Below the pieces are notes generated by a model, which was given only the letters and a program-made list of their open reading frames with translations, had not been told where the DNA came from and did not search any database. A DNA stretch of 40,585 nucleotides from an uncultured Alphaproteobacteria bacterium. Lineage in GTDB: Bacteria; Pseudomonadota; Alphaproteobacteria; GCA-002720895. The translations under genes and the position numbers were made by a program. The stretch spans positions 1-40,585 of the forward strand of contig CAYNCC010000003.1 in assembly GCA_964396035.1 (NCBI GenBank), given 5' to 3'. Shown here piece after piece: positions 10,010 through 19,697 of this stretch (within the stretch, counting starts at the first letter, position 1; the number at the start of each line of letters is the position of its first letter).

Positions 10010-12205
10010 ATGAACGAACCTTATTATTTAGATAAACTTAACGACAAGCAAAAAAAAGCAGTTGAAACATTAAATGGACCTGTTTTAGTTTTAGCTGGAG
10101 CTGGGACAGGCAAAACAAGAGTTTTAACAACTCGATTAGTACATTTGTTGAATAAAAAATTTGCAAAACCATGGGAAATTCTCGCAGTTACTTTTACAAA
10201 TAAAGCAGCAAATGAAATGAAAGAAAGAGTTCAAGCTCTTTTAAAAATTGATATTGAAAGAATGTGGGTTGGAACATTTCATTCAACTGGTTTAAAAATT
10301 CTTAGGAGACATGCAGAATTGTGTTCTTTAAAAAGTGATTTTACAGTTATAGATACAGATGATCAAATAAGATTAGTAAAACAAATTTTAGAAATAAATA
10401 AAATTGATATAAAAAAGCATGCTCCATCAAACGTTTTGTGGATGATACAGTGGTTTAAAGATAAAGCAATTTTTCCAGAAGAATCTCAAAAGCATAGATT
10501 TAAATTTGGAAAAAGTATTAATATAAGCAAATTATATATCGAGTACCAAGAAAGATTAAAGGTTTTAAATGCTACAGACTTTGGAGATTTATTGTTATTA
10601 CCTCTAAAAATTTTTCGAAAAAATTCAGATATTTTAAAAAAATATCAAAATCAATTTAAATATATTTTAGTTGATGAATACCAGGACACTGACACTTGCC
10701 AAGATACTTTTTTAAAGTTTTTATCAAAAAAACATAAAAATATTTGCTGTGTAGGAGATGATGATCAAGCGATTTACAGCTGGAGGGGGGCAGATGTAAA
10801 AAATATACTTAGTTTCCCAGATGCTTTTAAAAATGTAAAAATAATACGATTAGAAGAAAATTATAGGTCAACTGATCATATATTAGCTACAGCCAGTAAA
10901 TTGATCGAACACAACAAAGATAGATTAGGTAAAACTTTGTGGACAGATGCATCTAATGGAGAAAAAATAAAACTTTATTTTTTTGAAGATGGTAAAGACG
11001 AGGCAAAAAATATTTCTTTAGAAATTGAGAAATTAAAGATAAAAAGAACAAGATTAAATGAAATTGCAATTTTAGTGCGTGCTGGTTTTCAAACAAGATT
11101 ATTTGAAGATAGATTAATAAAGATAGGCATACCTTTCAGGGTTATAGGTGCATTTAGATTTTATGAAAGATTAGAAATAAGAGATGCAATAGCATATTTT
11201 AGGCTCGTAAATAAAAACAGTGATGATTTAGCTTTTGAAAGAATTTTTAATGTTCCAAAAAGAGGCCTTGGCACTGCTACTTTTCAAAAATTATTCAAAT
11301 TTTCTCGAGATTCTAATATGTCGATGTTAGATGCTTCTAAAAAAATTATACAGACTGATGAGTTGACAACTAATGCACGAAATAATTTAAAGAAGTTTAT
11401 TGAAGACATAGAAAGATGGAAAGAAAAAATAAATAAAATTAATCATATTGAATTAGCAAAAGTTATTTTAGATGAATCTGGATACACAAATATGTGGTTA
11501 CAAGATAAGTCAATAGAAGCTCCTGGTAGATTAGAGAATCTTAAAGAATTAATAAATGCTCTTCAAGATCATTCTAATATGAATGAATATTTAGAGCACA
11601 TATCATTAGTTTTAGATAACGAAAGAAATTATAAAAGTGACAAAGTAAGTATAATGACAATGCACGCAGCTAAAGGACTAGAGTTTGAGAACATTTTTTT
11701 AGCTGGTTGGGATGAAGGATTGTTTCCTCATCAAAAATCACTAGAAGAAAAAGGAAATAAAGCCTTAGAAGAAGAAAGAAGACTTGCATATGTAGGAATA
11801 ACTAGAGGAAAAAAGAAAGTTTATATTTCATTTGCTAAAAGAAGATTTATAAATGGAACGTTTAATTTTAGCCAACCGTCAAGATTTTTATCAGAATTAC
11901 CTAAGGAGAATATAGAAACAGATGAAGATTTATTTCGAGTAGAAGAGAACTTTATTGTTGATCAAGAGGAATATGAAGATAGAAAAAGAAATCCTAATCA
12001 GCTACTTTTTAAAAATAAAGAAAATTTATTAGAAAACAGAGAGTCTTATGATAAAGAATATAAATTTGAAATTGGAGATGAAATATTTCATGAAAAATAT
12101 GGATACGGAACAATTAAATATATTGTAGATAATAAATATGAAATTACTTTTGATAAATTAAGTGAAACAAGAATTGTTTTAGAGAATTTTATTAAACGTG
12201 CATAA
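10010..12205 (+). CDS. uvrD: UvrD/Rep/PcrA family ATP-dependent DNA helicase (SF1)
   Basis: Has Walker A (LAGAGTGKT), the helicase motifs (VDEYQDTD, GDDDQAIYSWRGA, NYRST, MTMHAAKGLEFENIFL, EEERRLAYVGITRGKKK) and a C-terminal GYGTI Tudor-like tail. I prefer the ATG at 10010, 2 nt after the metF stop, over the ORF-track TTG at 9998. Confidence 0.9.
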   Translation: MNEPYYLDKLNDKQKKAVETLNGPVLVLAGAGTGKTRVLTTRLVHLLNKKFAKPWEILAVTFTNKAANEMKERVQALLKIDIERMWVGTFHSTGLKILRRHAELCSLKSDFTVIDTDDQIRLVKQILEINKIDIKKHAPSNVLWMIQWFKDKAIFPEESQKHRFKFGKSINISKLYIEYQERLKVLNATDFGDLLLLPLKIFRKNSDILKKYQNQFKYILVDEYQDTDTCQDTFLKFLSKKHKNICCVGDDDQAIYSWRGADVKNILSFPDAFKNVKIIRLEENYRSTDHILATASKLIEHNKDRLGKTLWTDASNGEKIKLYFFEDGKDEAKNISLEIEKLKIKRTRLNEIAILVRAGFQTRLFEDRLIKIGIPFRVIGAFRFYERLEIRDAIAYFRLVNKNSDDLAFERIFNVPKRGLGTATFQKLFKFSRDSNMSMLDASKKIIQTDELTTNARNNLKKFIEDIERWKEKINKINHIELAKVILDESGYTNMWLQDKSIEAPGRLENLKELINALQDHSNMNEYLEHISLVLDNERNYKSDKVSIMTMHAAKGLEFENIFLAGWDEGLFPHQKSLEEKGNKALEEERRLAYVGITRGKKKVYISFAKRRFINGTFNFSQPSRFLSELPKENIETDEDLFRVEENFIVDQEEYEDRKRNPNQLLFKNKENLLENRESYDKEYKFEIGDEIFHEKYGYGTIKYIVDNKYEITFDKLSETRIVLENFIKRA

Positions 12206-12211
12206 AAAAAA

Positions 12212-13984
12212 ATGAAAAAAAAATTGAGTTATAAGGAAAAAATAAATTTATTAAGAAATGAATTAAAAAATAAAGATTGTAATTATTATCTTTTACCGAG
12301 AACTGATAAATTCCAAAATGAATTTATTTCAGAAGAAGATGAAAGAATAAAGTGGTTAACTGGATTTACTGGTTCGTATGCTTTTGTAATAATTTCAATA
12401 AAAGAAACAATAATTTTTACAGATGGCAGATATATAAATCAGATCCAAAAGGAATTAGATTCTGATCTTTTTAAAATATTTAATATAAGACTAAAGAATC
12501 CTATTATTTGGCTAAAAGAAAATATAAAAAAAAATGAAAAAATAATCCTGGATTCTTGGTTATTTACAAGTAGAAATTATAATTCTTTTAAGAATCTTAT
12601 TGAGGAAAAGGGATCAGAGATTGTAATTAGTGAAAGTATTCTTTTAGATAATATTTGGAAAAAAAAAAATAAAAAAAAAAAAATTAATTATAAAATAAGA
12701 AGAATAAAGTATGCAGGCAAATCATTTCAAAAAAAGTTTTCAATAATTAATAAACTCTTAAAAAAAAAAAAAATTAATAATTTTTTCTTTTGTTCACCTG
12801 AATCAATATCTTGGTTATTAAATATTAGAAGTAATGAAATTAAATACATGCCAACAGTTCAATCTTTTTTATTATTTAGTCTAAATTTTATAAATTATTT
12901 TTTTATTAAAAAAAATTCTAAAAAAATAAAAGAATTTTTTAAGAATTATTTGAAAATATCCCAATTTAATAATTTAAAAAATATTCTTATTAATTTTGCT
13001 GTTTGTAATAGAGAGATTTATTTAGATCCTATAAAAACACCTTATTTTATTGAGAATTTTTTACAAAAAATAGGAGTTAAAGTTTTTTATGAGCACGATC
13101 CATGTGATGATTTAAAATGTATAAAAAACCCTATTGAAATTAATGGTATGAGAAACTCACATATAAGAGATGGTGTGTCAATATGTAAATTCTTATTTTG
13201 GCTTGATAAATCAATAAATAAAAAAGAAAAAGTTTCTGAAATTACTGCATCTAAAAAAATAAATTATTTTAAAAAAAAGAATTATTTATATAAAGGTCCC
13301 AGTTTTGAAACAATTTCTGCCTACGGTTCAAATAGTTCAATTATTCATTATAGAGTAACAAATAAAAGTGACAAAGTTTTAAAAAAGAATAACTTGTATT
13401 TATTAGACACCGGAACTCAATATATTGATGGCACAACTGACATAACAAGAACTGTTGCGATAGGAAATAACCCTTCATTAGAGCAACAAGATAGGTTTAC
13501 AAGAGTTCTTAAAGGCAATTTAAGATTAAGTCATACATATTTTACCTACAATACAACTGGCATGATCCTAGATAGAATTGCTAGAAGATATTTAAAAAAA
13601 GAAAAATTAGATTATGATCATGGAACTGGACACGGTGTAGGAAGTTATTTGTCAGTACACGAAGGTCCAATTTCAATTTCAAAGTTGTCAAAAACAAAAT
13701 TTAAAGAAGGTATGGTTTTAACAAACGAACCTGGATATTATAAGGAAGCAAACTATGGAATTAGAATTGAAAATATGATCCTAGTTGCAAAAAAAAATAA
13801 TTTATTAACTTTCGAAATTTTAACTCTAGTACCAATCGACAAAAAATTAATAAATGAAAAATTGTTAAATAATAAAGAAAAAGATTTGCTAAATATTTAT
13901 CATAAAAAAGTTTTTAATAAAATATATCGTTATTTGTCTTATGAAGAAAGAATTTGGCTAAAAGATGTTACCAATCCTATTTAG
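12212..13984 (+). CDS. pepP: Xaa-Pro aminopeptidase (M24B, aminopeptidase P family) with a lysine-rich insert
   Basis: Carries the pita-bread fold metal-ligand pattern (LLDTGTQYIDGTTDITRT, HGTGHGVGSYLSVHEGP, TNEPGYY, IRIEN). It also contains in-frame A11, A13 and A14 homopolymers. Confidence 0.85.
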   Translation: MKKKLSYKEKINLLRNELKNKDCNYYLLPRTDKFQNEFISEEDERIKWLTGFTGSYAFVIISIKETIIFTDGRYINQIQKELDSDLFKIFNIRLKNPIIWLKENIKKNEKIILDSWLFTSRNYNSFKNLIEEKGSEIVISESILLDNIWKKKNKKKKINYKIRRIKYAGKSFQKKFSIINKLLKKKKINNFFFCSPESISWLLNIRSNEIKYMPTVQSFLLFSLNFINYFFIKKNSKKIKEFFKNYLKISQFNNLKNILINFAVCNREIYLDPIKTPYFIENFLQKIGVKVFYEHDPCDDLKCIKNPIEINGMRNSHIRDGVSICKFLFWLDKSINKKEKVSEITASKKINYFKKKNYLYKGPSFETISAYGSNSSIIHYRVTNKSDKVLKKNNLYLLDTGTQYIDGTTDITRTVAIGNNPSLEQQDRFTRVLKGNLRLSHTYFTYNTTGMILDRIARRYLKKEKLDYDHGTGHGVGSYLSVHEGPISISKLSKTKFKEGMVLTNEPGYYKEANYGIRIENMILVAKKNNLLTFEILTLVPIDKKLINEKLLNNKEKDLLNIYHKKVFNKIYRYLSYEERIWLKDVTNPI

Positions 13985-16061
13985 AAATTAATTTAATCCA
14001 GTCATTTTCTTTCAATATTTTTATATTTAATTCTTTAGCTTTTTTTTCTTTACTTCCTGAATCTTTACCAACTACAACAAAATCTGTATTATTTGATACT
14101 GCGCTTGCAACTTTAGCACCTAGTTCCTCTGCTTTAGTTTTTGCTTCACTTCTAGACATCTTCACCAAAGTTCCAGTAAAAACAATGACTTTTTCAGATA
14201 TTTTTGAATTAACATTTTTATTTATCTTATATTCTTCAATTTGATCTAAAGCTTTACTTAATTTTTTTACAATTAAAATCTTTTCATCGTCAAAAAAATT
14301 TTTAATATCATTTAATGCATCCGGTCCTATACCATCAATATTAAGTAATTGATTATATGTATTTTTTTCTTCTAATTTTATTTTTTCCATACTTTCAAAC
14401 CAATTATGAAAGCTCTTGAAATGTTTTGCAAAAATTTTAGAAGTTCTTTGACCTACTTGCGGTATACCTAATGAATAAATAAATTTATCTAAAGAGATAT
14501 TTTTTTTTGAGTTTATTGAATTTATTAAATTTAAATATGATTTTTCTCCAAATCCATCCTTGTTTATAATTTGATTTTTATATTTATTTAAATAAAAGAT
14601 ATCATATGGATATTTTATAAATCCTTCTTTCCAAAACTTTTTTAAATTTTTACCTCCTAATCCATCAATGTTAAATGCATCTCTTGAAACAAAATATTCT
14701 AAATATTCCATTTGTTGTGCTTCGCAAAACGATAATTTTCCTGAACATCTTAAAGCAACTTCTTTTTTCTTTTTGTAAGCTTTAGATTTACAGCAAGGAC
14801 ATACTCTTGGCATAAAATATTTTTTTGAATTTTTACTTCTTTTATTCTTGTCTACTGAAACAACTTGAGGAATTACATCTCCAGCTCTTTGTAATTCAAT
14901 TGTATCACCAATTCTTATATCTTTTCTTTCAATTTCATCTTGATTATGAAGTGATACCCTTGAAACATTTACACCGCTAATTGATACAGGATTTAATTCT
15001 GCAACAGGTGTTAAAACCCCTGTCCTTCCAACTTGTATTGTTATATCTTTTATTTGTGTAATGGCTTTTTGCGCGGGAAATTTTCTTGCTATAGCCCACC
15101 TTGGCGCTCTACCAACTAATCCTAATCTATTTTGAATATTAAAATTATTTATTTTGTAAACAATTCCATCAATGTCGTATTCTAATTTATCTCTAACCTC
15201 TAGAATTTTTTTGTAAAAAATTTCAATGTCATCAATGTTTTTACATAATTTATAATAATTATTTGTTCGAAAGCCATATTTTTTAATTGTTTCAAGAAAT
15301 TGATTCTGGGAAGAAAATTTAATTTCATTTGATAATTCTCCATATGTATAACCAAAAAAACGTAAATTCCTTTCCTTAACAATTTCTTTATTTAATTGCC
15401 TTAATGATCCAGCCGCGGCATTTCGGGGGTTAGCAAAAAAACTTTCACCACTTTTCTTTCTATTATTATTTAAATTCAAGAATTCCTTTTTTTCCATATA
15501 TATTTCACCTCTTAATTCAAAAGTTTTAACTTTATTTAATTGAGGGATTTGTTTTGGAATATCTTTAATCATGTTTAAATTTGATGTAACATCTTCACCA
15601 ATTTGTCCATCACCCCTAGTAGCACCAAGCATAAATTTTCCGTTCTTATATTTTAGTGAAATTGAAAGTCCATCAATTTTTGGTTCAGCAATTAATTCTA
15701 TAAATTGATTTTTTATATTTAAGAAGCGAGATATTTTTTCGATATATTTAATTGTTTCTTCAAGATTTAATGCATTATCTAAAGATAGCATAGGTTTAGA
15801 ATGTTTAATCTTAGAAAAAATTTGACTTGGTTTATGACCTATCTGTGATGTAGGTGAATCTAAAGTTTTTAAAAAAGAGTGCTTTTTTTCATAACTTTTT
15901 AATTTTTTCCATAATGCATCATATTCTATATCAGTGATTATCGGATTATTATCTTCATAATATAATTTATTATGAGTGGTGACTTCATTTTTAAGTTTTA
16001 AATATTTTTTTTCAATTTCACCAGCATTATTATTTTTATCCTTTTTTATCATTTTTTTCAT
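13977..16061 (-). CDS. ligA: NAD-dependent DNA ligase
   Basis: Has the adenylation motif EPKIDGLSISL, a four-Cys zinc finger (CPCCKS...RCSGKLSFC), HhH repeats and a C-terminal BRCT (IVFTGTL...SRSEAK). The ORF opens at 16085. I placed the start at Met9 (16061) to reduce overlap with bamD; Met1 or Met12 are also possible. The 3' end overlaps the convergent pepP by 8 bp. Confidence 0.92.
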   Translation of the reverse strand: MKKMIKKDKNNNAGEIEKKYLKLKNEVTTHNKLYYEDNNPIITDIEYDALWKKLKSYEKKHSFLKTLDSPTSQIGHKPSQIFSKIKHSKPMLSLDNALNLEETIKYIEKISRFLNIKNQFIELIAEPKIDGLSISLKYKNGKFMLGATRGDGQIGEDVTSNLNMIKDIPKQIPQLNKVKTFELRGEIYMEKKEFLNLNNNRKKSGESFFANPRNAAAGSLRQLNKEIVKERNLRFFGYTYGELSNEIKFSSQNQFLETIKKYGFRTNNYYKLCKNIDDIEIFYKKILEVRDKLEYDIDGIVYKINNFNIQNRLGLVGRAPRWAIARKFPAQKAITQIKDITIQVGRTGVLTPVAELNPVSISGVNVSRVSLHNQDEIERKDIRIGDTIELQRAGDVIPQVVSVDKNKRSKNSKKYFMPRVCPCCKSKAYKKKKEVALRCSGKLSFCEAQQMEYLEYFVSRDAFNIDGLGGKNLKKFWKEGFIKYPYDIFYLNKYKNQIINKDGFGEKSYLNLINSINSKKNISLDKFIYSLGIPQVGQRTSKIFAKHFKSFHNWFESMEKIKLEEKNTYNQLLNIDGIGPDALNDIKNFFDDEKILIVKKLSKALDQIEEYKINKNVNSKISEKVIVFTGTLVKMSRSEAKTKAEELGAKVASAVSNNTDFVVVGKDSGSKEKKAKELNIKILKENDWIKLISK

Positions 16062-16839
16062 GTCCGTATTTCTTAAGTAAATCATAACTTAATCTATACC
16101 AATTACTTTTTTTATAATTATATGCAAGAACAGCTGTTGATTTTTTTGCTTCTTCAGTAATGCCTAAAGATAAATATGATTGTGTTAATCTATAAAGAGC
16201 TTCTGGAGTTTGAGCAGTAGTATTATATTTATCAACAATTACTTTGAACCTTTCTATTGCAGCTAAATGTCTATTTCTTTTTTGATAATATCTTCCAATA
16301 TTAATTTCTTGTGCAGCTAATTGATCATCAATTAACAATATTTTTTTTTTAACATCTTTTGCGTATTTAGAGTTTGGGAATCTTTTTATTAATTCGTTAT
16401 ACGCCTTTTTTGCTTCATTTGAAGGTTCTTGATCTAAATTTATTTCATTAATTTGTTCATAGTAGCATAAACCTTTTAAATATAACATGTATGCAACTTT
16501 TTTATCTGCCGGATAAAGACTTAAAAATCTATCAATTGAAAAAACACTATTTTTATAATCAGTGTTTAAATAATACGAATACGCAGCCATTATTTGAGCT
16601 TTTTTAGCTAGTTTTGAATATGGATGTTGTTTATCAATTTCTTCAAATGAAGCAGATGCTTCAACATAATTTTTTTGTCTAAAGGCTCTTTCAGCATCTT
16701 GCCATAATAGTTCAGCTGGTTTGTCAACAATTGTTGGTATAGCTTTTGATTCAAATCTTTCTTTAATTCCGCAGCATGTAAGAAAGAAACAAAAGAATGC
16801 CGTGATAATAAAATTATTAATTTTCTTATATTTATTCAT
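16036..16839 (-). CDS. bamD: Outer-membrane protein assembly factor BamD (ComL/YfiO lipoprotein, TPR)
   Basis: Has a signal peptide with a lipobox (FFLTCCG) and TPR-like repeats (AERAFRQKNYVEASASFEEIDKQHPYSKLAKKAQ...). Confidence 0.82.
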   Translation of the reverse strand: MNKYKKINNFIITAFFCFFLTCCGIKERFESKAIPTIVDKPAELLWQDAERAFRQKNYVEASASFEEIDKQHPYSKLAKKAQIMAAYSYYLNTDYKNSVFSIDRFLSLYPADKKVAYMLYLKGLCYYEQINEINLDQEPSNEAKKAYNELIKRFPNSKYAKDVKKKILLIDDQLAAQEINIGRYYQKRNRHLAAIERFKVIVDKYNTTAQTPEALYRLTQSYLSLGITEEAKKSTAVLAYNYKKSNWYRLSYDLLKKYGHEKNDKKG

Positions 16840-16937
16840 TTTTTTAATAAAACCAAAACTCTGTATAAAAAAAAATAACTAAAATTTATTTAATTATTAT
16901 TCAAAAAAAATAGAAATATTTAAAGATAATATTTTAT

Positions 16938-17870
16938 TTAAGAAGCTATTGTATTAGGAATTTGCAATGCAATGACATTTATTTCTTCTAGTTTTTCTGA
17001 AGACATATTAACTCTTGTATATGCAGACTTATCTTTGAATAATTTTCTTAAAAGTTGGTTGTTAACGTAGTGGCCGGATTGAAAACCCTTGAAATGACCT
17101 AATATTGATGAACCAGCTAAATAGAGATCGCCACATGCGTCTAAGATTTTATGTCTTAAAAACTCATTTTTATATCTTAATCCACTATTATTTAAAATTC
17201 TTTTACCATTAAGCACAATGCAATTATCTAAAGAGGCGCCTTTTGCAAGTCCTAACTCTTTTAATTTTTCATGTTCTTCTTTAAAACCAAATGTTCTGGC
17301 ACTAGCTATTTGATTTTTAAAATTATTTTTATCTAAATTTATTTTATATTCTTCATTTTTAATTAAAGGGTGGGTAAAATTTATATTATATGAAATTTTG
17401 AGATTATTTTTTGATGGAGATACTGAAGCAAAACTTTTATTAAATTCGTATTTTATTGGTTTTAAAATCTTTATAAATTTTTTATTTTCATTTTGATTTA
17501 CAATTCCTACATTCTCGAATTCTTCAACAAACTGTATTGCACTACCATCTAAGATTGGTAATTCTGGTCCATTTACTTCAATTAATAAATTATCTATTTG
17601 AAAAGATGAAATTGCGGCCATTAAATGCTCTATTGTTGAAATAGTTATACCATCTTTATTAGATAAAATAGTACACATTTTAGTGTCAGTTACATTTTTC
17701 CAAGATGCTAATATAGTGTTATTTTTTTTTATATCAGTTCTAATAAATTTGATACCAGTATCAGATTCTGCAGGTAAAATTCTTATTTTTGCATAGTTAC
17801 CTTTGTGTAGTGAGATTCCTTCAATAAGTATTTCTTTTTTTATAGTTTTTTGTTTAACAATAGAAACCAT
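16938..17870 (-). CDS. lpxC: UDP-3-O-acyl-N-acetylglucosamine deacetylase
   Basis: Contains GISLHKGNYAKIRILPA...GIKF, TIEHLMAA and EFLRHKILDACGDLYL. It takes the classical position downstream of ftsZ. Confidence 0.93.
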   Translation of the reverse strand: MVSIVKQKTIKKEILIEGISLHKGNYAKIRILPAESDTGIKFIRTDIKKNNTILASWKNVTDTKMCTILSNKDGITISTIEHLMAAISSFQIDNLLIEVNGPELPILDGSAIQFVEEFENVGIVNQNENKKFIKILKPIKYEFNKSFASVSPSKNNLKISYNINFTHPLIKNEEYKINLDKNNFKNQIASARTFGFKEEHEKLKELGLAKGASLDNCIVLNGKRILNNSGLRYKNEFLRHKILDACGDLYLAGSSILGHFKGFQSGHYVNNQLLRKLFKDKSAYTRVNMSSEKLEEINVIALQIPNTIAS

Positions 17871-17933
17871 ACTGTTAATCTATAAACATAATAGTTATGT
17901 TCAATTAACTGTTTGTTTCAATTTGTTACTTAT

Positions 17934-19580
17934 TTAATTGGATTGGTTTCTTAAAAAAGAAGGAATTTCTAGGTCTTCTTCGCTATTTGTATCCTTTGTA
18001 TTTTCTAGTTCTTTTTCTTTGTTTTTTGTATTATTTTCTTCACTTTCTAAACCTTGCATTTCTGGTTGTATTTCAATAGGTGTTTCTTTTTTTTCTATTA
18101 TTTAATCTTTTTCATTTATTTTTTCTTTTTCATTATTAATCTCAGGTTTTTTTTCTTCATTTTTTATTTCTAAATCTTCTGTTTTTTGATTTATTTCTTC
18201 TTTATTTATTAATTTTTCATTTTCTTTTTGTTCAATCTTGTTGTCTTTAACATCAAATTCTTTTTTTTGAGGAATTATTTCAGATAAATTTATATCTGGC
18301 TTGTCATTTTCTTCTTTTTTTGTTCTATTAAATATTTTTAATGGAGAATATTTTTTTAAAAAATTTAGAACAACATTGTTTGGTTTAATTTGATTTTCTT
18401 GTATTTTATTCATAATTTTGTCATTTGAATTACTAAATTCATTATTTCTTTCAACTTCAACAACAGGATCTGTAAAATCTTCTAAATCTGTTTGTTCAGG
18501 TAATTTTGATGTTGGCGAGTCACTTAAGTTATCTTTTTTATCTGAGTGTTCGTTTTCAAAAAGACCTTCATTATTATTATTGTTATTTTCTTTCTTTGTT
18601 TTTATATTAACAATATTTTCTATTCCTGTAGCTACAATAGAAACTCTCATTTTACCATCTAGATCTTTATTTATTGATGAACCATAAATAATTCTTGCGG
18701 ATGGCCCTGCTTCTCCTTTTATTTTTTCAGCTGCTTCTTCAACTTCTATTAAGGTCATATCTGAGCCACCTGAAATATTCATTAAAAGACCTTTTGCTCC
18801 TTGAAGAGATACATGATCAAGTAGTGGATTAGAAATAGCAGATTCAGCAGCTTCTATTGCTCTTCTTTCACCTTCAGCTTCACCATTTCCTATAACTGCT
18901 CTACCTCTTTCTAACATCACAGATTTTACATCTGCAAAATCAAGATTTATCAGACCAGGCAACAACATTAAATCTGTAATTCCTCTTACACCTGCATGTA
19001 ATACTTGATCTGCCATGCTTAATGATTCTGCATATGAAGTTTTTTCATCACTTACTATAAAAAGATTTTGATTTGGAATAACTATTAAAGTATCAACATG
19101 ATCTCTTAATTCTTTTATACCTTTTTCAGCATTTTCCATTCTTTGAGTGCCTTCAAAATTAAAAGGCTTAGTTACAACTGCAACTGTTAAAATACCTTTT
19201 TCTTTACAGGCTCTTGCTAAAACAGAAACAGCTCCTGTTCCAGTACCACCACCCATACCTGAAGTTATAAATGCCATATGCGCGCCATCTATATATTCGC
19301 ATATGTCATTGTATGATTCCTCAGCGGCAGCCTTACCAATTGCAGGATCTGAACCAGCGCCTAAACCTTGAGTTTGCGATACACCTAACTGGATCTTTTG
19401 TTCAGCATTACAATGTTCAAGAGATTGAGCATCAGTATTTCATGCTTCAAATTCATCACCTTTTAATTTACTTGCAATCATTAAATTAAGAGCATTACAA
19501 CCACCGCCACCAACTCCAAGAACAAGAACCCTTGGTTTTAATTTTGTAGTTTTTTCTGGGACACCTATGTTAATTGTCAT
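17934..19580 (-). CDS. ftsZ: Cell-division GTPase FtsZ; a single reading frame interrupted by two in-frame stop codons (TGA 19442-19440 and TAA 18104-18102). This could be a pseudogene, a sequence error or recoding
   Basis: The ATG at 19580 is preceded by AGAGGA. The N-terminus reads [53 protein letters not shown]. The ORF-track piece 18102..19277 lies in the same frame (303 nt apart) and carries GGGTGTG and the core fold. After the TAA the same frame (168 nt) continues for 55 codons and ends with [15 protein letters not shown], which is the conserved FtsZ C-terminal peptide. Confidence 0.9.
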
Positions 19581-19697
19581 TTAAAATTCCTCTTAATGAA
19601 TTAAATTGCATGATATAAATACTAAATAAAGTAGTTTTATATAATTTAACACTATATATAGTATGGTAGTGATTCGTAATAAAATTGCAATGTTTTT

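Noticed and set aside
19440-19442. Genome-wide reassignment of TGA (code 4 or 25) or selenocysteine as the explanation for the ftsZ TGA
   Set aside because: TGA must terminate dnaG (5395-5397), because reading through it gives a long out-of-frame overlap with rpoD. The aligned FtsZ position is a buried small or hydrophobic residue, not a redox Cys. I also see no convincing SECIS-like stem-loop in the roughly 40 nt downstream; the best is a 4-bp TCAA/TTGA stem.
19651-19662. A perfect 12-bp palindrome ACTATATATAGT in the ftsA-ftsZ spacer, considered as a possible operator
   Set aside because: TA-rich palindromes of this length are expected by chance in spacers of this composition. It also overlaps plausible -10-like hexamers, and I have no supporting second site.
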